A DNA stretch of 64,000 bases, taken from assembly GCA_009602725.1 (NCBI GenBank), contig WELB01000003.1, positions 635,032-699,031 of the forward strand, given 5' to 3'. A program made the position numbers and the translations under genes. This document shows positions 1-13,115 of the stretch, piece after piece (position 1 is the first letter of the stretch; every line of letters starts with the position of its first letter). Source of the DNA: Spirogloea muscicola (taxonomy: Eukaryota). The notes beneath the pieces are model-generated. The model made no database searches and was not told where the DNA came from. It worked only from the letters and a program-made list of their open reading frames with translations.

Positions 1-2157
1 CGCCGCCGCCGCGCGGCGAGGGGCCGGAGAGCGCCGTCGGCGGACGCGCGTGGCTCACGGAGCTCCGCCCGCACGAGGTGCTGGGCGTGCAGCCCGGCGC
101 CTCGCCCGAGGACGTCCGCGCCGCCTTCCGGGCCCTGGTGCGCAATACATCACCCCTAAACCCGGATTCCATGAGGCAAACCTAAACCCGTAACCCTTTC
201 ATCTGATTGTGGGCGGCGTGTCGTGCGAGCCAGCACCAAGTGCAAACCCTCAATTGATTTGCAGCTGTTTGTCAAAATCTCAAACCTCATGAAGTATATA
301 GAGGCAATGGAATACGACATCAGCAATACCACTTGGGCACCTGCGGTTTGCGGTGCCCACATGGCTCGCACGTATAACGTACCTCAGCCCAACGCCTTGG
401 CGTCGCTGGCAGTCACTTGCTGCTGTCGGTTGTCGCAGCTGTACTCTGGAGCCGTACTCTGGAGCCGAGCTGCCGCTCTGCAGTTTCTGGCCAGCTGTCG
501 TTGATAAGGCAGCTGTGCCTGACCACACGTCAAAGCGTTGCGGATGTTGGCGTTGCCTGCCTCTGCAGATCAAGGACTACCATCCGGACGTATACAAGGG
601 CGATGGGAACGCGGGCGCCATTGCGCTGCGCCTCATCAGAGCCTACGAGGTTAGGACAGCATCTCCCGCTGCCTCTTCCAGAGCTTGCCTGCCTGCAGAG
701 TTTCTCCGGGAGTCAACGCCTGCGGCCTTGCGACTCGCTGCTTTCATAGCGAAGCTCCCATGGCAGTTGTGAGCTGTGCTGCTGGCCGAGCTCTGAGCCG
801 CGTGTCCTGTTCTGCAGCTGCTCACCAACGAGAATCTGCTGCGCTTGGACACCAGGTCAAGCCACCCTCCTCCTCAAGTCCCTCTCCTCTCAAGCCTGAC
901 CTATGATTTCTCAAAGTCGTCAGTCTCTTTGACAACCCGAGAGTCCACCTTCCAGCAGTCTGACAAAAGCCTTGATCTGAAGATCATCCGCAAGCTCGTG
1001 CTGGGAGCTTGTGGCTCCTCAGAAGGAGAGACGACCCCTTTGCGGAGCCCCAGGAGCTGGCTTCTGACGTTTTCGTCAACCAGCTGCAGTGCATTGGGCG
1101 AGGTCAGACTTGAATGGTGGACATTGCTCAACAGATTGTTGCATCGTGCTTCATTCAATATGCACAGGCAACCATTCAAGCAATTAGAGCTCTGACATCA
1201 GGCTGGATAGCTTCCTCTGTTCAGCTGCTAAGCTCTTCTGATCAATCTCTGTCTAAGCTCATGGGTTGCTCTCCTCTATCTTCGCCAGGCTGCCCGTACA
1301 GCTGCATTGAGAGAGCTCCGAGGACCTTCAGATTTGACGACGATACTGGCGTGGCCTGTGCCTACACTCAAGGTCAGGCATCTCAAGTGCCTCAAAATCA
1401 CAGCTGACATTCTAGCCCGGCTCTACATAATTAGCTTGTCACCTCCTGCTGTCCTCCTGATCAGAGATGTCTGGTTGCGCTGATTGAGCAGCTGTGCTAG
1501 ACTAACACCTTAGGTATCTATCAGGAAGCTCGAGTATGATGTTGCTTTTGCTGTTGCCGACCTGCAGGTCGAGATGCTGAGTATGATGTTCACCTTGCGG
1601 TAGGCCAGTGCCCGCAGAACTGCATACACTATGTCACCACGGAGCAGCGCCTGGTGCTGGAGGACTTATTGCAGAGGTTTGGCCTGGTTGCTCTGTACCT
1701 TGTCTCGTTCTCAGAGAAGAGCTGATGATCTCAAAGTCCCACTCCTAGGCCCGAATCTTGACATTCCAGTCCTAGATCGGGAGTCATGAAGCTCGACTTG
1801 GGTCAGTATCGGCTGCTGTCTTGTGCACCCTCCCACTGGAGGTGCTGTTTACAATGGTCAGGCTTGCAAGAATGCCCCAAGCTGTTGACACAGGCAGCCG
1901 CTTCCTACTGGTCAGCATCTGTTGGAAGTAGAGTTCAGTTTTTCTACAGCCCCTCCTAGTGATCCTTTTGAAAGCTTCACTCACAATATGGCGACTACTG
2001 GCTGCCTGCATGCAGGGTCACATCTGGTTTGGAGCCCCCGTGGCAGGTAGGAGGAATCATTGACGCTCTCCTTTCTCAGGCCAGATTTGAAAATGGTCGA
2101 GATCGTAGCCCCAGGCGTAAGGCCAAGTCGTCAGCAGAGTTTGTTGATTGGTATTGA
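1..2157 (+). CDS. DnaJ-ferredoxin (J-domain plus Fe-S domain) chaperone, chloroplast CDJ/DJC type; 5' end outside window
   Basis: Spliced translation: PHEVLGVQPGASPEDVRAAFRAL (to 137) | IKDYHPDVYKG (HPD motif, 570-649) | DPFAEPQELASDVFVNQLQCIGR (~1024-1101) | GCPYSCIERAP (1289-1372) | AVGQCPQNCIHYVT (1568-1676) | ARFENGR...SAEFVDWY* (2014-2157). GT-AG borders. Confidence 0.88.
153..197. repeat. Degenerate telomere-like/telo-box motifs (CCCTAAACCC, CCTAAACCCGTAACCCT) in intron 1
   Basis: Seen directly; resembles the plant CCCTAAA repeat. Confidence 0.5.
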
Positions 2158-4537
2158 GTCCATCCGGATTTTCGCAGTGACTGGCGACAGTCGACACTAC
2201 GGCTAGCCTGCTGTGTGTCCACCAAGAGCCATTGCGGACTTGTTGACTTGGGACATATGTACATATGTTATATATGCACTTGAGTTCGTGACCTCCTCAC
2301 GTGACCTTCTTTAGCTGTGCGACATAGATTGCACCACAGGTATGGGATCAATGTAATATTGCGTCTGGAACAAAGGCCTGCCGACAATATTGAAATGCCC
2401 ATGCACCTCTCGAAGCCCAGGTAATAGTTGTGCTTGCACTACATAGAGAAAAGATAACAACAAGTAACTAAGTTGACTTTGATTTGTCAAGCTGCAGCCG
2501 ACTGCTTCTCAAGAGGACAACCGTGTGCATAGGCCCCATGTCAGGTTCTTAGGGCCATTTGTAATTACACCTTGGAGACGGAAGTAAGAGCTACCAGCAA
2601 GATGCAGACCGAGGTAATGTATGAGCTGGACAGACTGCTGATTTCAGTATGAATGGAGCCAATGTTCTTGTCGTGGTGACATTCATGCCTCAACTTACCT
2701 CGCAACCCCAGATGTTGCCTGAGACATAATTCATATGCTTGCCTTATCATTGGCTTGCCTTAAATCCTGTCCTGTAGTCAGAAAGTCAGCAGCTGATCTG
2801 GGTGGGGGAAGGCCTCCTTGCCTGTCAGTAGGGTCTTTGAACTGCTGCTGAGCATTATGACTAGTGCATGTGTACTCAATCGATGCAATCGTAATGGTTC
2901 AAAGTTCTGCATGATCTGATTGAGCAGAATGAGCATTATCAAACAGGCCACTTTGTGTCAGCTTGCCTTGAGATGGCCGCGTGCTTCGAGCATAAGGAGA
3001 CACTAACACAGGCTTACCTTCAGATTTCATTTGCAGGGCTGGTCAGAGGTAGTCACTGTGGAGTCAATGCTTACCATCAAACAGTCAAGATTCAAATTTG
3101 GTGTCACATACTTGTAGAGCTTTTGCTTGGGCTGCAGTTGAAATTTGTTCACTGGCGCAAGATTGCTTTCTTAAGGATAAGCGCCAATTGTGTTGCCACT
3201 AGTCATTACGGGCACAGCAGTTGTGACGGCACAGGGTGGTCAGAGCTTGGCTCCACACGTGCGCCAGGCTCTCTAGACCTGGGGTTCGAGGGGAGCTCAA
3301 CATATAACGCAGGTCGAGGACGCCTGCTGCACTGCTCGAAACACACGCCGAATGAGAGTTTCTCACAAGAACTCCCGCATTGGCTGCAGTAAGTGTTGCT
3401 TCTCTCAGGTAAGCAGGGTCCAGTAACATGCCATCCATTAGATTACGCTGGGATGCGAAAGAGTCAGCTGTGTCCTCAGTCGCCTGATCCAGGCTCAGGG
3501 ACCTCAGTCAGAGCGTGGATCAGCGTGGATAAGGCGACAGCTACGATTACTTGGCGTGGTGGGCTATGTCCAGCACGACGTATGAGTACGTTGCGGCCGA
3601 AGGTAGGCCACGCTTACTTTAAGGGCTCAAGCAAGTCACGGGGCTGGTGATTTCGGGCATGGAAGCTTTGAGCTTGAGCAATTATTTCTCAATATGAGAG
3701 AAAATTGGCTTGTCAGTCTCAGCCCTCAAATGACCCATTAAGCCTGGCCACGTCCAATTGTCGTCGTTGCTGATATAGGCTTCTGTGATCTGATCGCATC
3801 GTCCTGGTGCAGCACGACGCATGTACGCATGGAAGTGATAGATGGCGGGGGTGTTGGGGCACTCTCGCCTGGAAGCCTAGGTACCTGTCTGGGACCTTAC
3901 ATTGTGAGACAGGTACCTACAGAAGCCTACCTGAAGTGGAACACTCGCTCCATAGGAGGGATGTATGAAGCAGTCCCTTAATCTTAGCCAAGGCTAGTGG
4001 TACCTGCCGCAATTTTCTGGGTGCCATCCCGCTTGATGCTGCATTGGTCTTCGGTTGGATCTCGCGTGCGCGCTATCACCCATGTTCTCGCTGATAATTA
4101 CCAGGCTAGAGACACGAGCCAATTACGGACACAACAACTTCTTGCAACAACTGCTAGTTGTTGCCAATTCGGAAATGTCCACTTGCACGGCTCACAGCAT
4201 ACAGGCAAAGTGGATCATTGTTATCAATAGATATCAGTTATCTATAGAAGTATCCAACAAGTCGTTTGTGATGCTACTCCTGCTACATAAATACTTCTAA
4301 AAGAGACGCTGGGGTCATATCTACATAGTAGAAGCTGCCGCGAAGTTTACAACGGCGGCGCAATTATAGAGGAGCATATATCACAGGCAGCAATTGGCTT
4401 CCCAGCCCCTGCGATGGATGCTGCTTTGTAGATAGCGTTGCCAGGAGGGAGCCACCACTGCAGAAGCTCAGAAATCTGAAGCTCAGAAATGAACGCCCTG
4501 CTAGTCATCCTCAGAGTGGATGCGGGAGGCATCAAGC

Positions 4538-5873
4538 CTAGGCCAGGGAGGCCAATCTTGTGATGGCCACAGCACCAGCAACGTCTTCGTGGGGGCCGCG
4601 ACGTGTCACGAATGGACTCGGCCGGCCCTGCAACGATGCTAGTCAGGAGCTCTGCAGAGCACTTGCATCAGCAAGCTCTGCAGAGCTCCTAACTAGCATC
4701 CTCGTTTTGCAAGTGTCGTACAATCAAGAAGCACTTAGGACCGCGCTGGCGGTGATGCTATCAAGCAGGCCCCGGAGCTGCTCGTTGAACTGCTCCATCA
4801 AGGCGGCCTTGTTCGTCAGATCACGTAGTACTCCGGACATGCCGCTCGTGGGGGAGCTGACGCGCATGGCGGCCTCAACCACCATGCTGTACAGCCGCAT
4901 TCAAGGCAATGCACAGGCAGTCAGAAAGGAGGTTATAATAGTACAAACCTGCCGTGTATATCACATTTCAGGCTCCTGTCGGGTTTGTACTGGGGACGTG
5001 ACAACGCTCAAGTGTCAAGGCAAGTCGGCGAACGTGGAAGCGGTGAAGTCAACGCGTTATTGAGACATGATGCCAGGGAGCATGGAGTCAAGTGAAGCTG
5101 CACACGTACTTGTCCATGTAGTCCGTGGTGGAGACGGTGGCCCCGCTGGCGGCCTCCACCTTCCAGGCGTGTTCCAGGCGTTGCCGCACATGGCCGTCGC
5201 CGTAGACTGCGGTGACCGCCTTCCACCGGGCCGGATCGGTGTCCGCGGGGAAGAACTCGGCGACATCGCAGGCGGCAGACGCGTCCAGGCCGCTCCCGTG
5301 GCATGTCTTGCGCTTGAGCTTGCAGCTGAGGCAGGGGGAGCGTTTCTCAGCGGAGCTGCCGCTGAGGCTGCTCGACGCGGACACGGGCGACTCCACGGCC
5401 GGCACCTCCAGCGGCGGCGGCCGGCGCAGGCGTGCCAGGCTAAGCTTTGGCGCCCGCCGTCGCGACGGAGATGGCTGCAGGTGCAGACTCGATCATGTGT
5501 CATAATTGCATGTTTGTCAGCGCTGCTTTGTCGCCCGCAGCAGCGGGAAATATCGCGACTCTGATTACAGTACGAGACGTGTACTCGAACGACGGGGACT
5601 CACCGACAGCTGGCAGTCTCCGCCCGCAGCCTGCGCAATGTCCACGACGGAGTCGACAGCCGGCGCCGGGTGCTCAGCAGCGGAGCGGCCCGGCGATGGC
5701 GGCGGCAATGGCGGTGGCGAAGACGGCCATAGAGCGCGCCGGACGACCCGAGGGCGGGGGCCGGGCTCGCAGCCGCCGCGGCCGTCGGCAAGAGGAGCGG
5801 CAGCACAGCTGGCCAGAGGCAGCGGCTCCGCCGCACTACCCGCGCCTGCGGCGGCCTCTGCGTCGTTGGCCAT
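4538..5873 (-). CDS. Divergent LOB-domain (LBD/AS2-like) transcription factor
   Basis: Exons ~5873-5604, 5475-5110, 4886-4742 and 4627-4538 splice in frame. SPCLSCKLKRKTC...CDVAEFFPADTDPARWKAVTAVYGDGHV and NMVVEAAMRVSSPTSGMSGVLRDL parallel the LOB C-block, GAS block and SLxYEAxARxxDPVYG/leucine-zipper region. 3' end uncertain. Confidence 0.75.
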
Positions 5874-6820
5874 GCTGCCGCGGCAGCGACGGTCCGGCGG
5901 CTGGCAATGGCGGCAGAGAGAGCAAGAGAGAGAGAGAGAGGGAGGAGGGGTGGGAGGCCTGATGCACGCGGCCTGCAGGTTCGGGGGAGTCGGAGGAGGG
6001 AGGGGGAGGGAGGCTCGCGGGGCAAAGGGAGTCGGCCTGCAGGACCAGGGAGGGGGGTGAGGAGGGAGAAGGGGGGGGAGGCCTGCAGTCCGGTTAGCGC
6101 GTGCCGCGGTTATCCCGCCCCAAGCGTAATTTCTGGACCCGGCCAGGGACGCCCCTCTGGCACACCCTGGTGACGGTACCTGGGGCGGTGACGGTATCGA
6201 AAAACCTCGGAAAGGGTCACCGCTAAGCTCCACGGCTGCCCGGCCGTTTTCGGGGGTGCTAGGAAAAGCGCTCCGGGGGCCAGGTCAGCAAGACAGGCAC
6301 GTGGCTGGCCGCGCGGGCACCTGCCCTTGTGCCACGTGTTGACTTCACGCGCCGTTGATCGCTGCAGCTGCCCGACGACCCAACCGCCCGACGAAGAAAC
6401 CCACCCCCCTTGCCTCGAGGGGAATCTCCCATTCCCAGCCTTCGGGGTGCTGGGAGCCGGGGGGGCATCTCCCCCGCTTCGTCGGGCGCGTCGGGCAGGA
6501 GCCCAGCTCGTCCGCATGGTAGCGAGAGCGGGGCGGCCCGGTACTTCGTCGCCAGGGAGGGAAGGGCGGCTCCCCTCCCTTTACGTAGCTGTGAGGAGCC
6601 AGCCCGAGCTTCCCCCCCCCGCGCCCCGTCGCAATATTCCCCCCCGCCCGCTTCCCCCGTCGCCGCCGTCGNACAGTCTGCCTGCTGCGCGTGCCGCATC
6701 TGGACGGGCTGGTGGCGGGTAGCGTGGCGGCAGCCAGGAGGCCGCTGCAGCCGCAGATGCGGCTCGCGCGGGGGATCTGGCGGCTTTCGTGGTGCTGAAA
6801 GCGGCGCCGGGGACGGAAGC
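5874..6820. promoter_or_regulatory. Candidate bidirectional promoter between LBD and carrier genes, with two G-boxes
   Basis: Divergent ATGs at 5873 (-) and 6821 (+); CACGTG at 6298 and 6333; GGTGACGGTA twice near 6169-6198; GA-rich tract at 5915-5945. Confidence 0.4.
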
Positions 6821-9800
6821 ATGATCTGCCAGCTTCGCAGCGGCCGGTGCCGGCCAGCGATGGTGGCGGCGGCTGCGGCGGCGGACCTGGAGTGCGTCGC
6901 GGAGCAGCCATCGGCCGCCTCTGAGAGCCCGCGGCCGCCTTTCTCGTGGCCGGATCCACCGCAGGCCGCCAGCTCCTCCGGCGCGCTGGAGCCCCGCGCC
7001 AGGAGGCCGGCGCGGCTGAGGTTTGCCTCGGTCAGCCTGTCGAACCTGCACGAGCGGCCGGACGACGGGCCGGCGGCAGAGGGCGAGGGGCTCGGCCTCC
7101 AGTGGCGGCCTTGGAAGGGCTTCGGATGGCAGCTGCGGATCCCTTTCTTCGAGGACGCCGACTGGGAGGAGGAGAAGTCCGCCCTGAACCATGTCTATGC
7201 TGGAACTATGGCCAGGACTCTGTCGCAGGTCGGTTGCACTAGTGACCTCACAACGCCGCTGCATAGTCGTCGTTTGTATTCTGCATCCAATGGACATACA
7301 ACACGACTAAAGTTCTTCAGAATCGTTAGTAGGTTTCAAAGGCTACGACGGTCTTGATTCATGTATTCAGAGCCAACAAGTTGCGATCGAGGCTTGCATG
7401 TGGTCCGTGTGACGTGGAAGATATTAGTTTGCCTGCCAGGTGCTTTGGCGAGGGCACTTACTGCAAGAGTCTTTTGATTCTTTGCCACCAGGTGATAGCT
7501 CATCCAATAGATACTGTCAAGACAAGGATGCAGATTAAGGATCCGCCGAAGAAGCTCCGGAAGTGGAGGAAGAAGATCTCGAAGAAGGCCATCGAGATTG
7601 GCCCTGTGGATATCGACAATTGGTTCTTCAAGGGACCAGCGGACATATACAGGGGTGTGGTTGGGGCCATTGTTGGGACGGTTCCAAACGCTCTCCTTTA
7701 CTTTGTTGCGTATGAAGGTATGTGCCCCTACTCACATGCTTTGGCTGGATCCTTGCAGCACCTGCATAGATCGTGTCCCTCAATTCGAGACTTGTCGGAC
7801 CCCAAAGCCAGGTGGTCTGCAGACCTGTGGCATGTTGCGCCCTGCTTCCCACTGCTTTTGCAAGCCAAACTCATGGCTATTCCATCCTCACCACATGCCT
7901 GATTCAGACAAGATAGTGCAAGCAAGGTTCATCGCAATTTTAGGCAGGTGATGTGTATGGCATGCTGCTTGCAGCTGCAAAGAGAAAATTGGAGAAGTGG
8001 AATTGCTCTCCTGGACTCACCCATGTTGGCTCCGCCTCCATTGGCACAGTTGTAGCTTCAATTGTTCGGGTAATCGGTCGGGAACTTCAGCTTTGAGCTT
8101 CCAAACTCAGGCTGTAACCAGATATGAAATGTGCAAGAGTGAATGTTTTGCTACTTTGTCGGCATGCTTATGAGCCTGACAAGTCATGCAGGGTGTCTTA
8201 GAGAGGACTGTACTGCTGTCTTGACGCACCCGTGGGCTGAAGCTGGCCTGTGTCTTGTTGCTCGCAATGTGAGCTTTGATTATGACCATGGCAAGGCTCA
8301 TGTTGGCACCATCTGCAGGTACCTGCTGATACTTTGAAACATCGTGTTCAAGCATACATGCATGCAAATGGTGAGGGTTGTTTGCTTCAGTGGTACTCTT
8401 GCCTTTGCTCCAATTTGTGATTGTGTCCTGCTGCTTTGTTGATAATTAGCCATGGCTGAATGACAAGTGGTCATTTAGCCACCTTCACTCAGCCGCTTGC
8501 CATTCATTTGTGCCTGCCAGGAGGACTCCAGAAAGTTATGTATAATAGTCTAGCCTTTCAAGCATACTACCCTCTCAAGCAACCCCTGCAGCTACTGACA
8601 GCTACAATCTGCCCCTTTGCTGTCAGTATTTGAAGCGTTTAAGACTGTGGTAGCGTCTGAAGGAGTTGGGGGCCTATATCGAGGCTTTCTACCAACTCTC
8701 ATGAGGGACGTTCCTGAAATAGCACTTCAGGTCAGTCTTTCAGTGCAATATCAAGCAATGCAAAGGGTGGAGGTTTTTGCCATGCAGCTTCCTGTAGTAT
8801 ATCTTTCCTCAAACTATGTTTGTGTGGCTTGCTTGTTTTCCATTGTCAGTTTGGAGTGTATGAGCGGATGAGGGCTTTGGTCGCAAGACGACGAAAGGTG
8901 GAGAAGCTCACGTAAGATATATCCTCAAAGGCGATTCTGCCATTTACAGAAGAACTTAGATTGGAGTGAAGCAACAAAATTCTGTGATGCTTATCTTTGT
9001 TGTTGTTGTGGTTGTGTAGAGGTTGTTTATCTCCTTGCAGTTCCTTGCTGTGGAGCACTCCGACAGGCCAACTGACGATTTTCTTTTGTACTCAGGACAC
9101 CTGAACATCTCGTCTTAGGAGCCTTTGCTGGGGCAGTGGCAGCAACCTGCACCATGCCTGTATGTCAATCCACTCAGCTTGTCCTTGGTGTCCAGTGCTG
9201 CTGTTGACTAGTAGGCACTTATTTCCATGGTTTTAGTGCAGCCATTACAATCCTTGATGCGTGCATGCAGCTGGATTTGGTGAAGACGAGACAACAATGT
9301 GGTGTATCTTTGGCCATTCCGAAAATTTTCAAGGAGGTCATTGGTGAACGAGGCGTGACTGGCTTGTTCTCCGGCCTGGTACACGTTATCATATGTTTAC
9401 AGCTGATCTCTACTTGTATGTTGCATCAAGGACAGTGGCAATGGCCGGATAATGGCCATGGCGTGTATGTCTTTGACTACACACTTGGACTAGTAGGATA
9501 CCCTGAGTCTCTCTGCCTTTAGGCTATCACCACATACTGCATCTCTAACAGCAATTATCTGTGGGTCTCAGGGACCAAGGGCCTTTCATGTTTCGCTGAT
9601 GTCAGCCTTCTTCTTTGGTCTTTTTGAGTATTGTAAGCTGGTAAGTGATGCCTGTCCTCTCTTAACTGCCTCAGTACATCACAATATCATGAATATGGGC
9701 CTGTCAGCGGAAGACACGCCCATCTGGATCGTATAATTGCAGTGTTGCTTTTGCAATTGCTTGGACAGGTTCTGGCTAGTGTGAGAGGTTCAAGTAGTCT

Positions 9801-9922
9801 TCTGGGCATCTGTGCAGGTGATGAAACCTCACCGGACTGGGTCAGATAAATTATATGTTCCCAAGATATGGAACAAGCGGAGGGACAAGATATGGAAGCG
9901 GCAATTTGTGTATACAGAGTAG
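6821..9922 (+). CDS. Mitochondrial carrier family (SLC25) protein, SAM-carrier-like, with long N-terminal extension
   Basis: Three PxDxxKxR signatures across ~10 exons: HPIDTVKTRMQ (7501), VPADTLKHRVQ (~8320), PLDLVKTRQQ (~9271). Also GLYRGFLPTLMRDVP. Last exon 9819-9922 ends KRQFVYTE*. Confidence 0.88.
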
Positions 9923-11014
9923 TAGCTGTTGGAGTATTTGTTATATTCATGATCTATCTGTCTCACAAATACTGGCACCCTCATTTTCAACAATTTGTGT
10001 AGCGTTTCACTCATTCCACCAAGTTCAAGCTTGCTTCTTGGACAGTGACGGTGTAGGGTTTCTGCAATGACAGGGAAGGCTGTCTTTTGTGTTGCGAGAG
10101 TGAGTCTAAGTGTTTGCTGTGTTGCTGACATTTTGTTATTTTGATTGGAGGTATTCGTGGGTAAAAAATGCCTCAATCAATCTGCTCTTTCTAACTCAAG
10201 AAGCCGAATTGGCATATCGTACTCGTTGCTGAGATGGGGCAACATTTTATTATACCTCCACACTCAGCTGCTTTACGACCTGTTACTTTGCAACACGGTA
10301 CTGATATATCTATTTAGGCGCTTCAGACACTTGTTTACTGTAGATAAAAAATGCGGCTGCTGATTGTCGATGGAAATAGACAGGGTCAAATTGGTGGCAG
10401 AATTCTAGTTTACGCAATGAGGGTTGGGCAGATTCCGGACATGCACATAACATTGAGTGAATGTTTGCACCATCTACCTCCGTCTTTGAAGGGACAGAGA
10501 AGGCAAGAGGCCGCAGGTTCGATCCTCAAGAGCTGAGTCCATGCATAGCAGATTGTGGGCGACCCGTGGCCTTGTAGATTATTACTGGGCTAATGAGCTG
10601 CAGAGGCAGACGCGCACTTTGCGAGCAGCCGGTGGCTGCACCTTACTTCGGACAAAAGAGGCAGCATGTCTGCTGCTACCACATTAAACCTCTTCACTGA
10701 CAACGCACTGGCAGGGGCCATAACTTGGTGGCGGATTGGTGAATGGCGGAGTTCAGGACTCGGAGCCCAACCCCCACATTTGCCGATTGCTTCGCAGTTC
10801 CACTGATTACAGCTGCGGGCTAGCTGTGTGCAGCAAGGCTTTCAACCCCAAGACTACTTACGCAATACCCTTTTCTAAAATTTTGCGTCAGCCGAGATGA
10901 AGGCAAGCTGGGGGGTGTTGATTGAGGAAACATGGTGAAATAGCAGAATGGGCTGAAGAATTACTGAACTCAGCCCAGTGGGTCGTAATAGCGCTCTGCG
11001 AAAGCGAGAGAAGG

Positions 11015-11400
11015 CGCGTGACTTGCATGATGAGGGGGAGGCCAAGTCGAAGCATCAAATTCTTTCTTCAGGCAAACAAAGTCCAAAGGATGGGGCTACA
11101 CAAAGCTGACCCTCAGGCTAAGAGAGCTACGGTAACAGGGCGAGCACGCAGCTGAAGGGGGGGACTTCAGTACCCACGAGTGAGCACATGTGATTCCAAC
11201 AGACTCACTTCAGGAGCCTGAGCACCGACACAGAAGCCAGTGGCCTGGCTAAGTGCGCCGCCCAGCACGCTGATAAATGGCCAAAGCCTGGGAGCGCTGC
11301 AGTGTGAGCGAGAGGCGCACCCTGTACTACGCAGCTTACGCCTGCTGCACACATAGTATACCCTAGGCTGCCTCCGAAGGGGTGTGAACGAGTGCCCCGG
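11015..11400 (-). mobile_element. 5'-truncated 3' end of RLE-type non-LTR retrotransposon (lineage D)
   Basis: Minus strand reads YRVRLSLTLQRSQALAIYQRAG...(frameshift)...LLESHVLTRGY*, homologous to the C-terminus at 34204-34400. 11153-11300 is repeated at 50023-50170; related tails at 12630, 33940, 35440, 37500 and 50700. Confidence 0.7.
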
Positions 11401-11639
11401 CACACTGGGCTGAGTCTGAAGCTCAGGCGAAAGCGCTGCTTCAAAGTCAACCTAGCTATGGCTGCCACCCACATTGGTGCGGGCAGAGCCTGTGATCGTC
11501 TGAACTCAGTCTGCCGCCATGAGCAGATCTGCGTCAGTACGCGCCGAGGAGAGGGCGACCTGCTGTTCCTGCAGAGAGGCACCCATTTGTAGTAGCCCCC
11601 TGCGTAGCTCCGTTGTATGCGCCTATCGGCTTCTTGGGA

Positions 11640-12700
11640 CCTCGTCCAATCCTTCTGGGCTGACCTTTCACAGCCCTTTCTGATAAGAGCTAACTCATCA
11701 GAAAGCCCAAGCTTCTACCTGTTTGGAGAGGCAAATGCCCAGCTGAGGATACTGAGTGGAAAAGTCGAGAAGCTGCGGCTGTTTTAGCTTGAATTTCATA
11801 TCTGTGCTGGCCTTCACAGCCAGTGCGCCAGTTTGGGAAGAGCTTTCAATTGAATCCAGTCACAAGGTACATATACAAAATTTCCATCCAAGCATGGAGT
11901 AAACTTCAGGTCGAGGCACCTCCCCAGCGCTTGCTCGTCGGTGTCGCTGGGAGAGAAGGGCGCAACCATTGAGAGAAGAGGGGCTAGCAAAGCCAGCCCA
12001 GAAAACAATGGACAATGGCCGCAGGCCTCGAAGGCCACAAAACGGTGCCCGGAATGACAAAACTGCACACTAATAATGATGCAGATGGATGCTCAATAAC
12101 CACGAGTGAGGCGGTTGGACGGTGGCGTGCCCGCCACCTGGCCGACCGTCCTCGGAATGCTTCGTATCTTCGAAAGGCTTCGTATCTGCCATCTAGTATT
12201 CAGGCATCGTTAGCGACTTCATGTTTTGACTCGTGGTTACTGAGCTGGTCAACTACTGTAGGTTATGGAGGTCTTAAGATGTGCTTGCCTTCGTACTTGG
12301 CCATTTGGCCTTCGTTTGTTTCAAATACACGAAACACAAGAAGAAATGAAATGGAGGGAAGCGGGTGCTTTACCCGCTCTTTCTTCTTGAAAAAGGAGCA
12401 GTAAGCGAACTCTCAGTAACCTCTCGTCAGTAGATGCAAATCTGAGTAGCTAGCAGGCGGAAAGACGTCGCTTCTGCCCTTGTTAGCTTGTCTCCCCAAG
12501 TTAGCTTTGTCGGTATGTCTATGTGCTCACCTCCTGCGTACTAACGTACACAGCGCTACCTTAGCCACCTTGACATGGGCTTCGCTTGATGTAGCCTCAT
12601 TCTTGCACTTGTTTTGGCCGTAACAGCAAGTTGGCCTGAATTGGCCAACACTTTTCATTTACATCATTCACCGCGCGCGCCTTCTCTCGCTCTCCTCTTG
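11640..12700. mobile_element. Cluster of retrotransposon 3'-end relics in both orientations
   Basis: 12175-12335 (+) is an inverted near-copy of 32470-32630; 12410-12470 matches 46068-46130; hairpin motif at 11657 and ~11990. Confidence 0.65.
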
Positions 12701-13115
12701 CCGCCGCTCCCAACGGGTCCTAGATCGCCGGCGGCGCGCCGGTGTGAACGCGACCCCGAGAGAAGCGACCCACCACCCCCTGGTCCTCCCCCCCGCCCGC
12801 CGGACCCGCCGCATCCGGCGGCGGCGGCGGCGGCGCCGCCGGCGGCNNNNNNNNNNNNNNNNNNNNNNNNNNNNNNNNNNNNNNNNNNNNNNNNNNNNNN
12901 NNNNNNNNNNNNNNNNNNNNNNNNNNNNNNNNNNNNNNNNNNNNNNNNNNNNNNNNNNNNNNNNNNNNNNNNNNNNNNNNNNNNNNNNNNNNNNNNNNNN
13001 NNNNNNNNNNNNNNNNNNNNNNNNNNNNNNNNNNNNNNNNNNNNNNNNNNNNNNNNNNNNNNNNNNNNNNNNNNNNNNNNNNNNNNNNNNNNNNNNNNNN
13101 NNNNNNNNNNNNNNN

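Noticed and set aside
441..468. Short tandem duplications and simple repeats (also 30143-30176, 32793-32850, 35368-35407, 38920-38990, 55612-55632)
   Set aside because: Ordinary slippage or microsatellite repeats with no further structure.
5057..7357. Many long overlapping ORFs on both strands
   Set aside because: By-product of very high GC; only the LBD and carrier exon frames have family motifs and splice support.
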